44,973 nt of DNA from Candidatus Bathyarchaeota archaeon (GCA_018396975.1 JAGTQA010000010.1:1-44973), one strand, 5' to 3'; shown: positions 8,190 through 18,268, numbered from the stretch's first letter. Notes: a model not told the origin generated them from the letters alone. A program made the numbers and translations.

Positions 8190-9362
8190 TTGACTATTGG
8201 AAGGAGTGAGATAGGTAAGATAGCCTCCGAATATGATCCTGAGAAGATAACTATTGGGGTTTTAGGCTCCCACTCGGCTGAGGAGGTTGGTATATCCGCT
8301 AAGGCATTCGGCTTCCCAACAGTTGTAGTCTGCCAGAGGGGCCGCGAGAGCCTCTATGCAAAATATAATAGGCATCTATTCGACCACGTGATCCTCCTAG
8401 ACAAGTTCTCAGATATTGTGAGGGAAGATGTTCAGGAGGAGCTGCTGAAGCTAAACACAATATTTATTCCCAACCGCTCATTCTCGGTCTATGTTGGATA
8501 TGATAATATTGAGGGGAGATTCAGGATTCCAATCTATGGGAACCGCTTCCTCCTTAGGGCCGAGGAGAGGAATGCCCCAAGGAATCAATATTGGCTTCTG
8601 GAGAAGGCTGGCATAAAGGTTCCCAAGAAATTTGATAGACCCGAGGATATTGATAGGCTAGTTATAGTTAAGGTTCAGCAGAAGAGAAAGCCTCTTGAGA
8701 GGGCATTCTTCTACGCCTCATCACCCGAAGACTACTATAGGAAGGCTGAGGACCTCATAAGAAAGGACATTATAGATGAGGAGGGTCTGAGGAGGGCGCG
8801 TATAGAGGAGTATGTTCTCGGGCAGAAGTTCAATGCGAACTTTCAGGGCTGGGCCCTAAAAGATTATTTCGGAGACTTCGATTTCCTAGGCTTCGATGAT
8901 AGGAAGCAGACGAACCTCCATGGTGTGCTAAGCTTACCGGCCAAAGACCAGCTCATGCTAGACGTTCCAATAAAGAATGAGGAGATAGGGCATTATGGGC
9001 TGACGATGAGGGAGTCCCAGAAGCCCCTAGTCTACGAGGCTGCTGAGAGGTTTAGGAGAGTCTGTGAGATAGAGTATCCGCCCGGCATGATAGGGCTCTT
9101 CGCCCTTCAAGGCGCCGTCGCCTACGACGCTGACGACCCAGAGCAGAAGAGGCTCGCCTTCTACGTCTTTGATGTTAGCCCTAGGGTTCCCGGATGCCCA
9201 TGTGTTGGGCCAACCTCTCCGGAGATGCGTAGGCTAACACTGAAGTATCAGGGGATTATTAGGCGGTATGGTGTCGATAGGATAGAGACGCCGATGGACT
9301 TGCCAATGATCGAGATTAAATATGCCGCTGAGAGCGGCAGACTAGCTGAGATCGTAACTTAA
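8190..9362 (+). CDS. purP: PurP paralogue (ATP-grasp, DUF1246/DUF1297 family)
   Basis: GVLGSHSA, IPNRSFSVY, LERAFF, QTNLHG and DVSPRVPG motifs of the second PurP subfamily. Confidence 0.85.
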   Translation: MTIGRSEIGKIASEYDPEKITIGVLGSHSAEEVGISAKAFGFPTVVVCQRGRESLYAKYNRHLFDHVILLDKFSDIVREDVQEELLKLNTIFIPNRSFSVYVGYDNIEGRFRIPIYGNRFLLRAEERNAPRNQYWLLEKAGIKVPKKFDRPEDIDRLVIVKVQQKRKPLERAFFYASSPEDYYRKAEDLIRKDIIDEEGLRRARIEEYVLGQKFNANFQGWALKDYFGDFDFLGFDDRKQTNLHGVLSLPAKDQLMLDVPIKNEEIGHYGLTMRESQKPLVYEAAERFRRVCEIEYPPGMIGLFALQGAVAYDADDPEQKRLAFYVFDVSPRVPGCPCVGPTSPEMRRLTLKYQGIIRRYGVDRIETPMDLPMIEIKYAAESGRLAEIVT

Positions 9363-9375
9363 AGAGGGCGACAGC

Positions 9376-10656
9376 ATGTTTCCATCACCAATAATACATG
9401 ATGTTTTATGTAGGGTTGAGAGGCTAAGGTCTGAGCTAATCTCGGTTACGTCCAACCTCATAAGGTTTCAGACAATCTCCCCACCCAGTAACACAGCTGA
9501 GTGTGCAGAATACGTTAAATCATATTTTGAGGGGGCCGGATTAGAAGTCTCGCTTCACGCTAGGGAAAAAGGCAAGGTGAACGTGCACGCTAGGCTTTCT
9601 GGAGGGAGAGGCAAGAGGATAGTTTGGCTGGGACATCTAGATGTTGTCCCAGCTGGGATGCAAGAGAAGTGGATCCACGATCCATTCAGCGGCGTCCTAG
9701 AGGGCGATAAGGTTTATGGTAGGGGCTCAAGCGATATGAAGGGTTCATGTGCAGCTGCCATGATCGCCGCTAAGGTTCTAAGCGATGTTGAGAGTGAGAG
9801 TAGAGCCACTGTTGATTTTTGGTTTACCTGCGATGAGGAGGTTGGCTCGCCCAATGGAACCCGCTGGCTGATCAGTAAGGGCCTAATACGCGGCGATGTA
9901 TGCTTAATAGGCGACTCTCTCAGCAGAGAGCCAGCAAGGGAACCCTACGTTGACGTTGGCTGTAGGGGTTACATCCGTTTACGCCTAAAAGCCTTTGGAA
10001 GAACAGCTCATGGAAGCATGCCATTCTACGGAGACAATGCAATAGACAAGTTGCTCCGAGCGATTGAGAGAGTTAGGGAGATCGGCAACTATAAGCTTAG
10101 CTTACCAGCAGAATTAAGTGAACCCATCAGATTGAGCATAGAGTATCTTTTATCGCGTGGGGAGCTCACAGAAAGCCAGAAGAACATGATAGAGAGGGCA
10201 TTTGACTATCCAACAGTTAGCCTCACAATGATAAGCGGCGGGATAAAGGTTAACGTCATACCAGACTATGCCGAGGCATCGTTTGATATAAGGGTTTCAC
10301 CCGGAACCAGCCCGGAGGCCCTCACCGAGCGGATCCAAAACCTTCTCGATGACTATAGGGCTATGGGTGTTGAAGCCGAAATAATAGGTCTGGAGGGCGG
10401 ATACTATGAGCGGTGGGACTCCGAGTTCGCCCTAGGCCTAAGGAGAGCTGTTGAGATCGTGACCGGGATCCAGCCTAAACCAAAGATTCTTCTGGGGGCA
10501 ACCGATGCTGTGCCAGTAAAGAGGGCTCTTGGGATTCCATGTCTAGGTTTCGGCGCTGGCATAGAGGAACTCGCCCACGCCCCCAATGAATATGTTACGG
10601 TGGATGGACTTCTCTCAGCCGCTAAGGTCTATGCTATTCTGCCGCTACTATTCTAG
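9376..10656 (+). CDS. M20 family metallo-hydrolase (ArgE/DapE-like)
   Basis: GHLDVVP, YGRGSSDMKG, DEEVG, AHGSMP and AHAPNEY motifs. Confidence 0.9.
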   Translation: MFPSPIIHDVLCRVERLRSELISVTSNLIRFQTISPPSNTAECAEYVKSYFEGAGLEVSLHAREKGKVNVHARLSGGRGKRIVWLGHLDVVPAGMQEKWIHDPFSGVLEGDKVYGRGSSDMKGSCAAAMIAAKVLSDVESESRATVDFWFTCDEEVGSPNGTRWLISKGLIRGDVCLIGDSLSREPAREPYVDVGCRGYIRLRLKAFGRTAHGSMPFYGDNAIDKLLRAIERVREIGNYKLSLPAELSEPIRLSIEYLLSRGELTESQKNMIERAFDYPTVSLTMISGGIKVNVIPDYAEASFDIRVSPGTSPEALTERIQNLLDDYRAMGVEAEIIGLEGGYYERWDSEFALGLRRAVEIVTGIQPKPKILLGATDAVPVKRALGIPCLGFGAGIEELAHAPNEYVTVDGLLSAAKVYAILPLLF

Positions 10657-10661
10657 CCAGT

Positions 10662-12065
10662 TCAGTTGGATCGGCTCTTAACCCGCTCCCTCTCCCTACT
10701 CATTATCTCGTTGGCGACTATAACTCCGCTTGCACTCGCCTGTATGAGGCTACGAGTTACCCCAGCTCCATCGCCTATCGTGAATAGGTTCTTTATTCTG
10801 GTCTCTAGGCTCTCGCTAAGCTCCAGCCTTGAAGAGTAGAATTTCACCTCAACCCCATAGAGTAGAGTGTCCTTCGAGTATATTCCCGGCGCAACCTTAT
10901 CTAGGGCCATCAGCATCTCCTTAATATCCGTTAGGTATCTATATGGTAGGACGAAGCTTAGGTCTCCTGGCGTTGCCACCTTAAGAGTTGGCTTAACAAC
11001 GCTCCGATTTATGCGCTCCTCAGTAGATCTCCTTCCAATCTCTAGGTCTCCTAGGCGCTGTATAATTACGCCGCCACTTAATAGATTGGCCAGCCTAGCA
11101 ATATATTCACCATACGCTATCGGCTCCCTAAAGGGGTAGGTGAAAGATGTGCTAACGAGCACGGCAAAGTTTGTGTTCTCAGTCTTCCTCTCAGCGTAGC
11201 TCTGCCCATTAACGCTTATAACTCCACCATAGGATTCTGTGATGACCTCACCATACGGGTTTACACAGAAAGTTCTAACCTGATCATCAAAGGCCTTAGA
11301 GTAATATATGAACTTTGGCTCATACAGCACATTTGTGAGCTCCTCCATTGTTACGGCTAGAACCTCAACCCTAACTCCAACATCAACTGGATTATTAAGG
11401 GTTTTAAGGCCTAGGGACTGAGCCTCACTCTTAAGCCACTCAGCACCGCTTCTACCCGGGGCAACAATAACGTATTTACCATAAATTTTCTCGCCATCGG
11501 CAGTCTCGACGCCCCTAGCAACACCATTCTTAACGAGTAGGCTCTTAACCTCGGTTCTCGTCCTCACCTCAACCCTATTATTTAAGTCACGGCGCATTCT
11601 CTGAAGAACCTCAGCGCACTTTTCCGTCCCAAGATGCCGAATCTTCTGCCTAACAAGAATTAAACCAGCTAAGGCAGCCTTACGCTCTATGCGCTCAACC
11701 TCATCCAGATCCTCACCATAAACCTTCTGCGCTCCACCACTATAACTCGCATATATGCTGTCAACATAATTTATTAGCTTTAGGAGCCTATCTTCACCCA
11801 CATACTCGCTCAGCCAACCCCCAACGGATGTTGATATCGTGAGCTTCCCATCACTAAAGGCTCCAGCCCCACCCCAGCCCGAGAGTAGGGAGCACGGCTC
11901 ACAGTTCACGCATCCAAGCCCCCTAGTTGCAGGGCACCTACGCTTATCGATATCCGGCCCCTTCTCAAGCATAATAATGTTAAGGTCAGTGTTCTTTGCA
12001 AGTTCAAGCGCCGAGAATATTCCAGCTGGACCGGCACCAACAATTATCACATCATATTGCTGCAA
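10662..12065 (-). CDS. NAD(P)/FAD-dependent oxidoreductase (COG2509-like) with Cys-rich insert
   Basis: IIVGAGPAG, GWGGAGAFSDGK, C-x7-C-x2-C-x2-C cluster, GDGAGVTR; TTG at 12065 chosen as the likely start. Confidence 0.88.
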   Translation of the reverse strand: MQQYDVIIVGAGPAGIFSALELAKNTDLNIIMLEKGPDIDKRRCPATRGLGCVNCEPCSLLSGWGGAGAFSDGKLTISTSVGGWLSEYVGEDRLLKLINYVDSIYASYSGGAQKVYGEDLDEVERIERKAALAGLILVRQKIRHLGTEKCAEVLQRMRRDLNNRVEVRTRTEVKSLLVKNGVARGVETADGEKIYGKYVIVAPGRSGAEWLKSEAQSLGLKTLNNPVDVGVRVEVLAVTMEELTNVLYEPKFIYYSKAFDDQVRTFCVNPYGEVITESYGGVISVNGQSYAERKTENTNFAVLVSTSFTYPFREPIAYGEYIARLANLLSGGVIIQRLGDLEIGRRSTEERINRSVVKPTLKVATPGDLSFVLPYRYLTDIKEMLMALDKVAPGIYSKDTLLYGVEVKFYSSRLELSESLETRIKNLFTIGDGAGVTRSLIQASASGVIVANEIMSRERERVKSRSN

Positions 12066-12166
12066 GGCGGATCCTTCCAAAAACAGACTACAATAAACAA
12101 CCAAAATATATTCTTTCCCAAAACAGACCATTATACACCATCATATATTGCCAAGTAATAGAGTAG

Positions 12167-12199
12167 GGGAGAGGCTGCTCCGAAAGATAGGGAGGTATC
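12167..12199 (+). repeat. 33-bp dispersed intergenic element, copy A
   Basis: GGGAGAGGCT-gctccg-AAAGATAGGGAGGTATC; matches the reverse complement of 25649-25681 at 28/33 positions (perfect blocks of 10 and 17 bp). Confidence 0.8.
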
Positions 12200-12216
12200 A
12201 ACTGGAAGAAAAACAT

Positions 12217-12591
12217 TTAACCATAGAAGGACGGCTTATCACGTGGGATCTCCCGCATCTGCTGCTCAGCAGCCTTCCTAGCATCCTCAAGTAGGCTATC
12301 GAATGTCTCATCTAGCTCAGAGATGTAGGATTCAAGTGCCTCTATATAGAGTAGTAGGGCCCTAATTAGGTCGCTCACACTATTGCTGTAATCTAAAATT
12401 ACGCTTAAAAAGTCTATCTCCCTCCTATCTTTATCCTCAGAGTCCATCTCCCTCTTCAGATCCTCAATCATCTTGTAAAGGCATTTCTCCTCAACCCTAA
12501 AGAGGTCGGATTTAAGACTCACATAGGCCTTTAAGCTCTCCAAGGTCTTCTTTATTGATTTCCTTCCAATCGGCTCGATAGGCTCGGTCAA
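12217..12591 (-). CDS. Hypothetical alpha-helical protein ending in an HbYX-like tail (...KPSFYG)
   Basis: Acidic amphipathic helical pattern; TTG at 12591 likely start (ORF extends to 12615). Confidence 0.75.
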   Translation of the reverse strand: MTEPIEPIGRKSIKKTLESLKAYVSLKSDLFRVEEKCLYKMIEDLKREMDSEDKDRREIDFLSVILDYSNSVSDLIRALLLYIEALESYISELDETFDSLLEDARKAAEQQMREIPRDKPSFYG

Positions 12592-12832
12592 GCCGATAAC
12601 CCCGCAGCCAACCAATCTAAAGGAGTTTAGGCGCCGAGAAGGATTATATTATTTGTTAATAGGCTCATGTATCTCCGAAACTTTCACCCATAGTTATGTA
12701 GTCCGCCATTAAGAGCCAAATATGACATATTCCATATCGAACCACACAGATTGAAACCGCACACTTTTAAACGAAGAATAACCTTTTAAGGCCAAACAAA
12801 AATTAAGTGGAAACATTACACATCTCAGTAGA

Positions 12833-13324
12833 ATGGGGCAAAATAGAATGGCAGATGGGCATGAAAGCAGATGGGCGGAGAGAAAGATTTCGCCGAGAAG
12901 GCTTTATCCAGATAGGCCGCTGGTTGGAGTTGGCGCGCTAGTCCAGATGGAGAATAAAATCCTACTAATTCAGAGAGCGGATGAGCCTGGAAAAGGACTT
13001 TGGTCGATACCTGGGGGCCTAGTTGAGGTTGGTGAAACCCTTAGGGACGCGGTCAGACGGGAGGTTGAGGAGGAAACTGGCATACCTATTGAGGTGGGCG
13101 AGCTCATAGATGTTATGGAAAATATTGTCCGCGACGAGGATGGAAGGGTTAAATTCCATTATGTGCTCATAGATTTCAGGGCTAAGCCGGCATCAGAAAA
13201 GATCGAGTTGAAACCATCATCTGAGGTATTAGGAGCATGCTGGTTCACACCCGAAGAAATAAGGAAACTACCATTAACTCAAACGGTTAGGCGGCTCCTC
13301 AGAAAGATCGGCATACAAGTATAG
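12833..13324 (+). CDS. NUDIX hydrolase (ADP-ribose pyrophosphatase/MutT-like)
   Basis: Nudix box GGLVEVGETLRDAVRREVEEETG; YPDRPLVGVG and FHYVLIDF; true start may be slightly downstream. Confidence 0.92.
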   Translation: MGQNRMADGHESRWAERKISPRRLYPDRPLVGVGALVQMENKILLIQRADEPGKGLWSIPGGLVEVGETLRDAVRREVEEETGIPIEVGELIDVMENIVRDEDGRVKFHYVLIDFRAKPASEKIELKPSSEVLGACWFTPEEIRKLPLTQTVRRLLRKIGIQV

Positions 13325-13349
13325 CTAGAAAAATCCGGCGGCTCCCTCA

Positions 13350-16052
13350 CTACATAAACTGCTCAAGCCTAGTCAGCCCAATTATCTCATCAAACTCGAG
13401 GTTCAGCGCATCGAGTATTTGGTCGAATGTTGACCTTAAATATCCAATATACTTATCTACATCTATCTCCTTTGATGTTGCCAGCTGAACTGGCTTAACA
13501 AATGGCTCCTTAGTAACCTTTACGAACCTTATTGTGTCCCCAGCCTTAAGCTCAATCCCCTTCGCCTGCAATATATAGGCTGCCTTAACATGCTGCGGGG
13601 TAGTTTTGTCATAGGCCCCTGGAACCTTTCCTAAAACAACCTCAAAAGCCAGATCATTTATGTCCTCCCACTCGCGATTCTTAAGCTTCATATAGCACTC
13701 ACGTACAGTCTTCTCGATATCCCTCTTTGCAAACTCAAACTCCGCTGGCGTTTTAACGCGGCTCAATATATCCTCAATCTTATCGAAGTATCTTTTTATA
13801 AAGAGGGGTATGTGCCTCTTCTTGCCCGTGAGACCCTTAACATCAACGGTTCCATCCTCGAGAACACCCAAATAATTCTTCTTCCTAGAACTTAAGACAG
13901 CGTATCTATAATATTTGTCGACCTCAAGCTCCATCCCTAGGGCCTCCTCAGCCCACTCAGATAGGGCCTTAACCTGCTCCTGAGATGGATTCTTAAGGAA
14001 TAAGCTGTCCGTGTCACCATATATCACTTCAATCCCAAGCTCATGAGCCCTCTTTATCGTCTGCGTGATTATGCTCCGGCCTATGGCTGATGTCGCCTCG
14101 GCGGCTGGCGGACAGTATAGGTCGAAGACCTCAGCCCCAAAAACCCCATAGGAGGCATTTAAGATAACCTTTAAAGCGCTCTGGATCACATTATACCAGT
14201 CCCTCTGCTCGCTTGGAAGGGACTTATCCTTAGCCTTAGGCTTATACCATTTAACCCTCAAATCCCTAAGTGAACCTATAAGCGCACTCTCCAAAGCCCT
14301 ATGCTTCCGACATATCCAATGCGGTGTCTCCGGAACGACATTGCTCCTACACTCCTCATGGACGCAGCGAACTGTCTGATAGCCCAAATTATAAACCTTG
14401 ATTATTGATGGGTATAGGCTCTGAAAGTCCATGACAGCAACATTGAAGTGCACGCCCGGTATAGGCCTAACAACAATGGCGCCCATATACTTCTTGCCCT
14501 TAATTATTGCCCTAGTAGCTGTTGTTCCCCTCACAGCGATTATATCATCGCTATTAGGTATTAGCATATTCCTCCTACGATGCTCATACTGCATGAAACT
14601 GCGAATCCACTTTGATACACCCTGCCGGCTAACATCCTCCATCGGCATCCGACTAATCCTAGTCAGGACTATGAGGAGCTTCATCACAAGCTCATCGTTA
14701 TAGGATGTTAGGGCGTATGTTAGCTCAGCATCGTTTAGGCAGTATCTGGCAAGCTCACTATACGATAGCTCAGAGACAGGCTTTGTAAGCTCAATCTTTG
14801 ATCTTCCAAGAAGGGCCCGCGCAACCTCATCGAGGGTTACATTACGATACTTCTGCCCAAAGGCATATATCTGAATGGACCTGTTCAGGAAAAACCTATA
14901 GAGGTCTATGTGAACGCCATATTTGAGGAGGCAAATCTTCTGCCCCCTCTCTATTGGAACATCCCTCTTGGCAAAGCCCAGATTCTTGGCCCTATGGTAA
15001 AGATAGTTTAGGTCGAAGTCATCGCCATTAAATGTTATCACAAAGGGGTAATCATTTAAGGCGTTGAAGATCGACTGAAGCAAATCCCTCTCTGAAGTAT
15101 AGAATTCGATGGAGACATCACTTGGAAAGTCCATCTCACCCTCCTCAACACCTCCCCGCCTCAAGAGTAGAACTCTCTTCTTACCATCTGAACCGACCAA
15201 TGAGGCGCATATAACTGGCTGTGAGGCTTCCTCCGGATCCGGGACTCGTGTAGCAACTGGCGAATAAACTTCTATGTCAAGGGCGACCCGACGCATCTTC
15301 GGGGCTGGATACTCTAGGAGCCTAGCCCAGAACTCTAGATATGGCAGAAGATCGCTGCTTTCGCCCCTAAAGAACTCATCAACAATCTTTCTAATGTTTT
15401 TCTCGGAATCATCATGAGAGTATGGGATCAGCTTACCATTCTCAATCTTGTAGGGCATGCCCGGCTGAAGGGCTCTATCATAAATGTAGCACTGATAATA
15501 TTTGATCGCGGCCTCCCAAACCTTAACATCCCTACTATTGCCGAAAACAAGCGGATAATCCTCCGGTATAATATCTCTTAAGCAGCCTCTAGGCCGACCT
15601 CCGATCGCAAGTGGATCTTTAGCAACAACCTTCGTCACCTTAATATTTCGGTCGTAGAGGGCATCATACTTCTCAACAACCTCAAAGTGGTCGAAGCTTG
15701 GATGATTAACAACCCTTTCAAGCTTCTCAAGCTCCTCCGGTGGGACATTCGTCAGCAAATAGGGTCTATGGCCAGTATTATCATACCAGAAGTATATGCG
15801 CTGCGAAGTTGGCTCATAAAGTTTTAGGTATACTACACCCCTCGATCCATCATAGCCTGCCGAAACAAGATATGATGGCGGCAGATTAGCTGGAGCCAGC
15901 TCCCCCCCAGCTTCCTCTACCACCATCTCCTCTTGCTCCTCACCCTCCTCTAGGAAATTATCCGGACTAGTAGATACATTACTCTCGATCTCCGAGGATT
16001 CCTTAAACAGGCTATAGAATTCGTCTAGGCTTCTCTGCTTTTTCTGCAGCAT
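13350..16052 (-). CDS. polB1: Family B DNA polymerase, PolB1 (crenarchaeal/TACK type)
   Basis: ExoI DIEV, ExoII FNGDDFD, motif A DFQSLYPSII, B KVILNASYG, C YGDTDS; WYDNTGHRPY N-terminal domain; no intein seen. Confidence 0.95.
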   Translation of the reverse strand: MLQKKQRSLDEFYSLFKESSEIESNVSTSPDNFLEEGEEQEEMVVEEAGGELAPANLPPSYLVSAGYDGSRGVVYLKLYEPTSQRIYFWYDNTGHRPYLLTNVPPEELEKLERVVNHPSFDHFEVVEKYDALYDRNIKVTKVVAKDPLAIGGRPRGCLRDIIPEDYPLVFGNSRDVKVWEAAIKYYQCYIYDRALQPGMPYKIENGKLIPYSHDDSEKNIRKIVDEFFRGESSDLLPYLEFWARLLEYPAPKMRRVALDIEVYSPVATRVPDPEEASQPVICASLVGSDGKKRVLLLRRGGVEEGEMDFPSDVSIEFYTSERDLLQSIFNALNDYPFVITFNGDDFDLNYLYHRAKNLGFAKRDVPIERGQKICLLKYGVHIDLYRFFLNRSIQIYAFGQKYRNVTLDEVARALLGRSKIELTKPVSELSYSELARYCLNDAELTYALTSYNDELVMKLLIVLTRISRMPMEDVSRQGVSKWIRSFMQYEHRRRNMLIPNSDDIIAVRGTTATRAIIKGKKYMGAIVVRPIPGVHFNVAVMDFQSLYPSIIKVYNLGYQTVRCVHEECRSNVVPETPHWICRKHRALESALIGSLRDLRVKWYKPKAKDKSLPSEQRDWYNVIQSALKVILNASYGVFGAEVFDLYCPPAAEATSAIGRSIITQTIKRAHELGIEVIYGDTDSLFLKNPSQEQVKALSEWAEEALGMELEVDKYYRYAVLSSRKKNYLGVLEDGTVDVKGLTGKKRHIPLFIKRYFDKIEDILSRVKTPAEFEFAKRDIEKTVRECYMKLKNREWEDINDLAFEVVLGKVPGAYDKTTPQHVKAAYILQAKGIELKAGDTIRFVKVTKEPFVKPVQLATSKEIDVDKYIGYLRSTFDQILDALNLEFDEIIGLTRLEQFM

Positions 16053-16166
16053 CTCAACCTATCCAAAAATCAATATGTGATTTGGTGGATTTAAAACTTC
16101 TGAATTGGATAATCTTTTAAGCAATTCCATCCTTATATAGGGGCGACTAGGCTATAGCAGGATAGC

Positions 16167-16856
16167 ATGGTGCCGGATTTGGCAGTTGTTCAGCAAGACC
16201 TCTCATGGCTTGAGCAGCTCAATACGTGGCTGAGGGATATTGCCATGCAATATGGTTACTTAGGCATATTTATCGCAAGCTTCCTAGGAGCAGCATCAAT
16301 AATAATCCCCATACCATACACAGTGCTAATCTTTATGATGGGGGGAATATTAGACCCCATTCTGTTAGCCCTGTCATCCGGCGCCGGCGCAACCCTAGGA
16401 GAATTCTTCGGTTACATGATAGGGTATTATGGTAGAGCCATTATAAGCGATGAACGGAAAAGGAAAATGGATTACATGTTGAGGGTCTTCAGCCGCTATG
16501 GTCTAATAGCAATCTTCTTATTCGCTCTGACACCGCTCCCAGATGACCTTCTCTTCATACCCCTCGGACTCATGCATTATAGCTTCATTAAGGCCTTCAT
16601 ACCATGCTTGATTGGGAAGATAACGATGGGACTTATATTGGCCTATGGTGGGCGGCTTTCAATAGATATCATAAAGACATTCTTCGGCGGCGAGGAGGGA
16701 AGCGTATGGGTAATGATCACATTAACAATCCTGCTAATTATAGTAGTCATTGTGATGCTGAGAGTAGATTGGGAAAAAATCCTTATTTTATTGGAGGAGA
16801 AAGATAGAAGAGGAAAAGTCAAGGGCACAGTAGAAAGTCCTAAGAAAAACACATAA
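16167..16856 (+). CDS. DedA/VTT domain membrane protein
   Basis: YGYLGIF, PIPY, GATLGE..GY.IG and FALTPLPDD motifs; multiple TM segments. Confidence 0.88.
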   Translation: MVPDLAVVQQDLSWLEQLNTWLRDIAMQYGYLGIFIASFLGAASIIIPIPYTVLIFMMGGILDPILLALSSGAGATLGEFFGYMIGYYGRAIISDERKRKMDYMLRVFSRYGLIAIFLFALTPLPDDLLFIPLGLMHYSFIKAFIPCLIGKITMGLILAYGGRLSIDIIKTFFGGEEGSVWVMITLTILLIIVVIVMLRVDWEKILILLEEKDRRGKVKGTVESPKKNT

Positions 16857-16932
16857 ACAGAATCTCCCCCGCAAATATAAATAAGCCTAAACACTTAGAA
16901 AAATTGTAGAGAGATTGAGGCTTCTGAAAGAT

Positions 16933-18258
16933 ATGAGAGTAATAGCCGACTTACACATACACAGCAAGTATAGTAGGGCCACAAGTGCCAACATGAACAT
17001 CTCCGAGATAACCCACTTCTCAAAAATTAAGGGCTTAACACTTATTGGAACGGGCGATTTTACACACCCAAAGTGGCTTAGAGAACTCAAAGACAACCTT
17101 ATTGAGGTTCAAGGAACAGGTCTATACAAGCCTGCGAGCATACCTGAGGCCGAGGTCTGGTTCATGATAACCGGCGAGGTCTCAACAGTCTTCACCTTTA
17201 ATGGTGAGACGAAGAAAGTCCATCATGTAATATTGGTTCCCAGCATTGAGGTGGCGGAGCAGATAAATGATCGACTATCCAAGTATGGGGATTTGGAGGT
17301 TGATGGCAGGCCAACATTAGATATGTCAGCACCACACCTAGTTGAGGAGGTAATGGAGGTTTCAAGAGATAATATGGTTTTCCCAGCGCATGCATGGACG
17401 CCGTGGTTCAGTGTCTTCGGAGCCTTTAGTGGCTTCGATAGGATGGAGGACTGCTATCAAGACATGACTAAACATATACATGCCCTAGAAACGGGTTTAT
17501 CCTCAAACCCTCCAATGAACTGGCGCCTAAGCGCCCTAGACAAGTTCACACTACTCTCTAACAGCGATTCCCACTCGAGCTGGCCATGGAGAATTGGGCG
17601 TGAGGCTAACCTCTTTGAGCTTGAGCATTTAACCTACTGGAACATAATAAATTCAATTAGGAGTAAGGATGCAAGGATTTTAAGATTAACGATCGAAACC
17701 GACCCGGCATACGGAAAATATCACTGGACTGGACACAGGACTTGCGGAGTCTCACTCCCCCCTGAGGAAGCCATAAAACTTGGAAATAAGTGTCCGGTCT
17801 GTCATAGGAGACTCACTAAGGGCGTTGAGCAACGGGTTGAGGAGCTTGCCGATAGATCCTATGGTTTTAAGCCTCCGGGTTCACCGGACTACATACACCT
17901 CCTCCCCCTCTCTGAGGTCATATCTGCCGTTATAGGTGCCAACTCACCGAACTCTCAAAAGGTCTGGAACATATATAATGCCCTAATATCGCGCTTCGGC
18001 AACGAATTCAATGTTTTATTAGACGCCAGCTTCGATGATATTGCCAAGGTAACCAATCCATTAATTGCCGAGGCAATTATGCGGGTTCGGAAGGGAAAGG
18101 TTAAAGTTGTACCGGGCTATGATGGTGTCTATGGACAGATAATAATTTTTCCAGAAAGAGGCGAGGGTATGGCTAGGGCGTCTGATGAGGAGGCTGAAAG
18201 AAGAACTAGGGGGGAAGAAAAGGGGGCGGGACAAAGATCATTAGTGGATTTTTTCTAG
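16933..18258 (+). CDS. endoQ: Endonuclease Q (PHP domain, TIGR00375-like) with C-terminal PIP box
   Basis: ADLHIHSKYSRATS, GTGDFTHP, PAHAWTPW, SNSDSHS, GKYH..GHR.C...CPVC zinc site, PGYDGVYG; ends QRSLVDFF. Confidence 0.9.
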   Translation: MRVIADLHIHSKYSRATSANMNISEITHFSKIKGLTLIGTGDFTHPKWLRELKDNLIEVQGTGLYKPASIPEAEVWFMITGEVSTVFTFNGETKKVHHVILVPSIEVAEQINDRLSKYGDLEVDGRPTLDMSAPHLVEEVMEVSRDNMVFPAHAWTPWFSVFGAFSGFDRMEDCYQDMTKHIHALETGLSSNPPMNWRLSALDKFTLLSNSDSHSSWPWRIGREANLFELEHLTYWNIINSIRSKDARILRLTIETDPAYGKYHWTGHRTCGVSLPPEEAIKLGNKCPVCHRRLTKGVEQRVEELADRSYGFKPPGSPDYIHLLPLSEVISAVIGANSPNSQKVWNIYNALISRFGNEFNVLLDASFDDIAKVTNPLIAEAIMRVRKGKVKVVPGYDGVYGQIIIFPERGEGMARASDEEAERRTRGEEKGAGQRSLVDFF

Positions 18259-18268
18259 GAGAATAGAT

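Noticed and set aside
12660-12815. Degenerate CRISPR mini-array from three GAAAC-ending segments
   Set aside because: Spacing is irregular (76 and 57 nt) and there is no similarity beyond GAAAC
13350-16052. Intein or inactivation in PolB1
   Set aside because: Length is normal and all exonuclease and polymerase motifs are contiguous and intact
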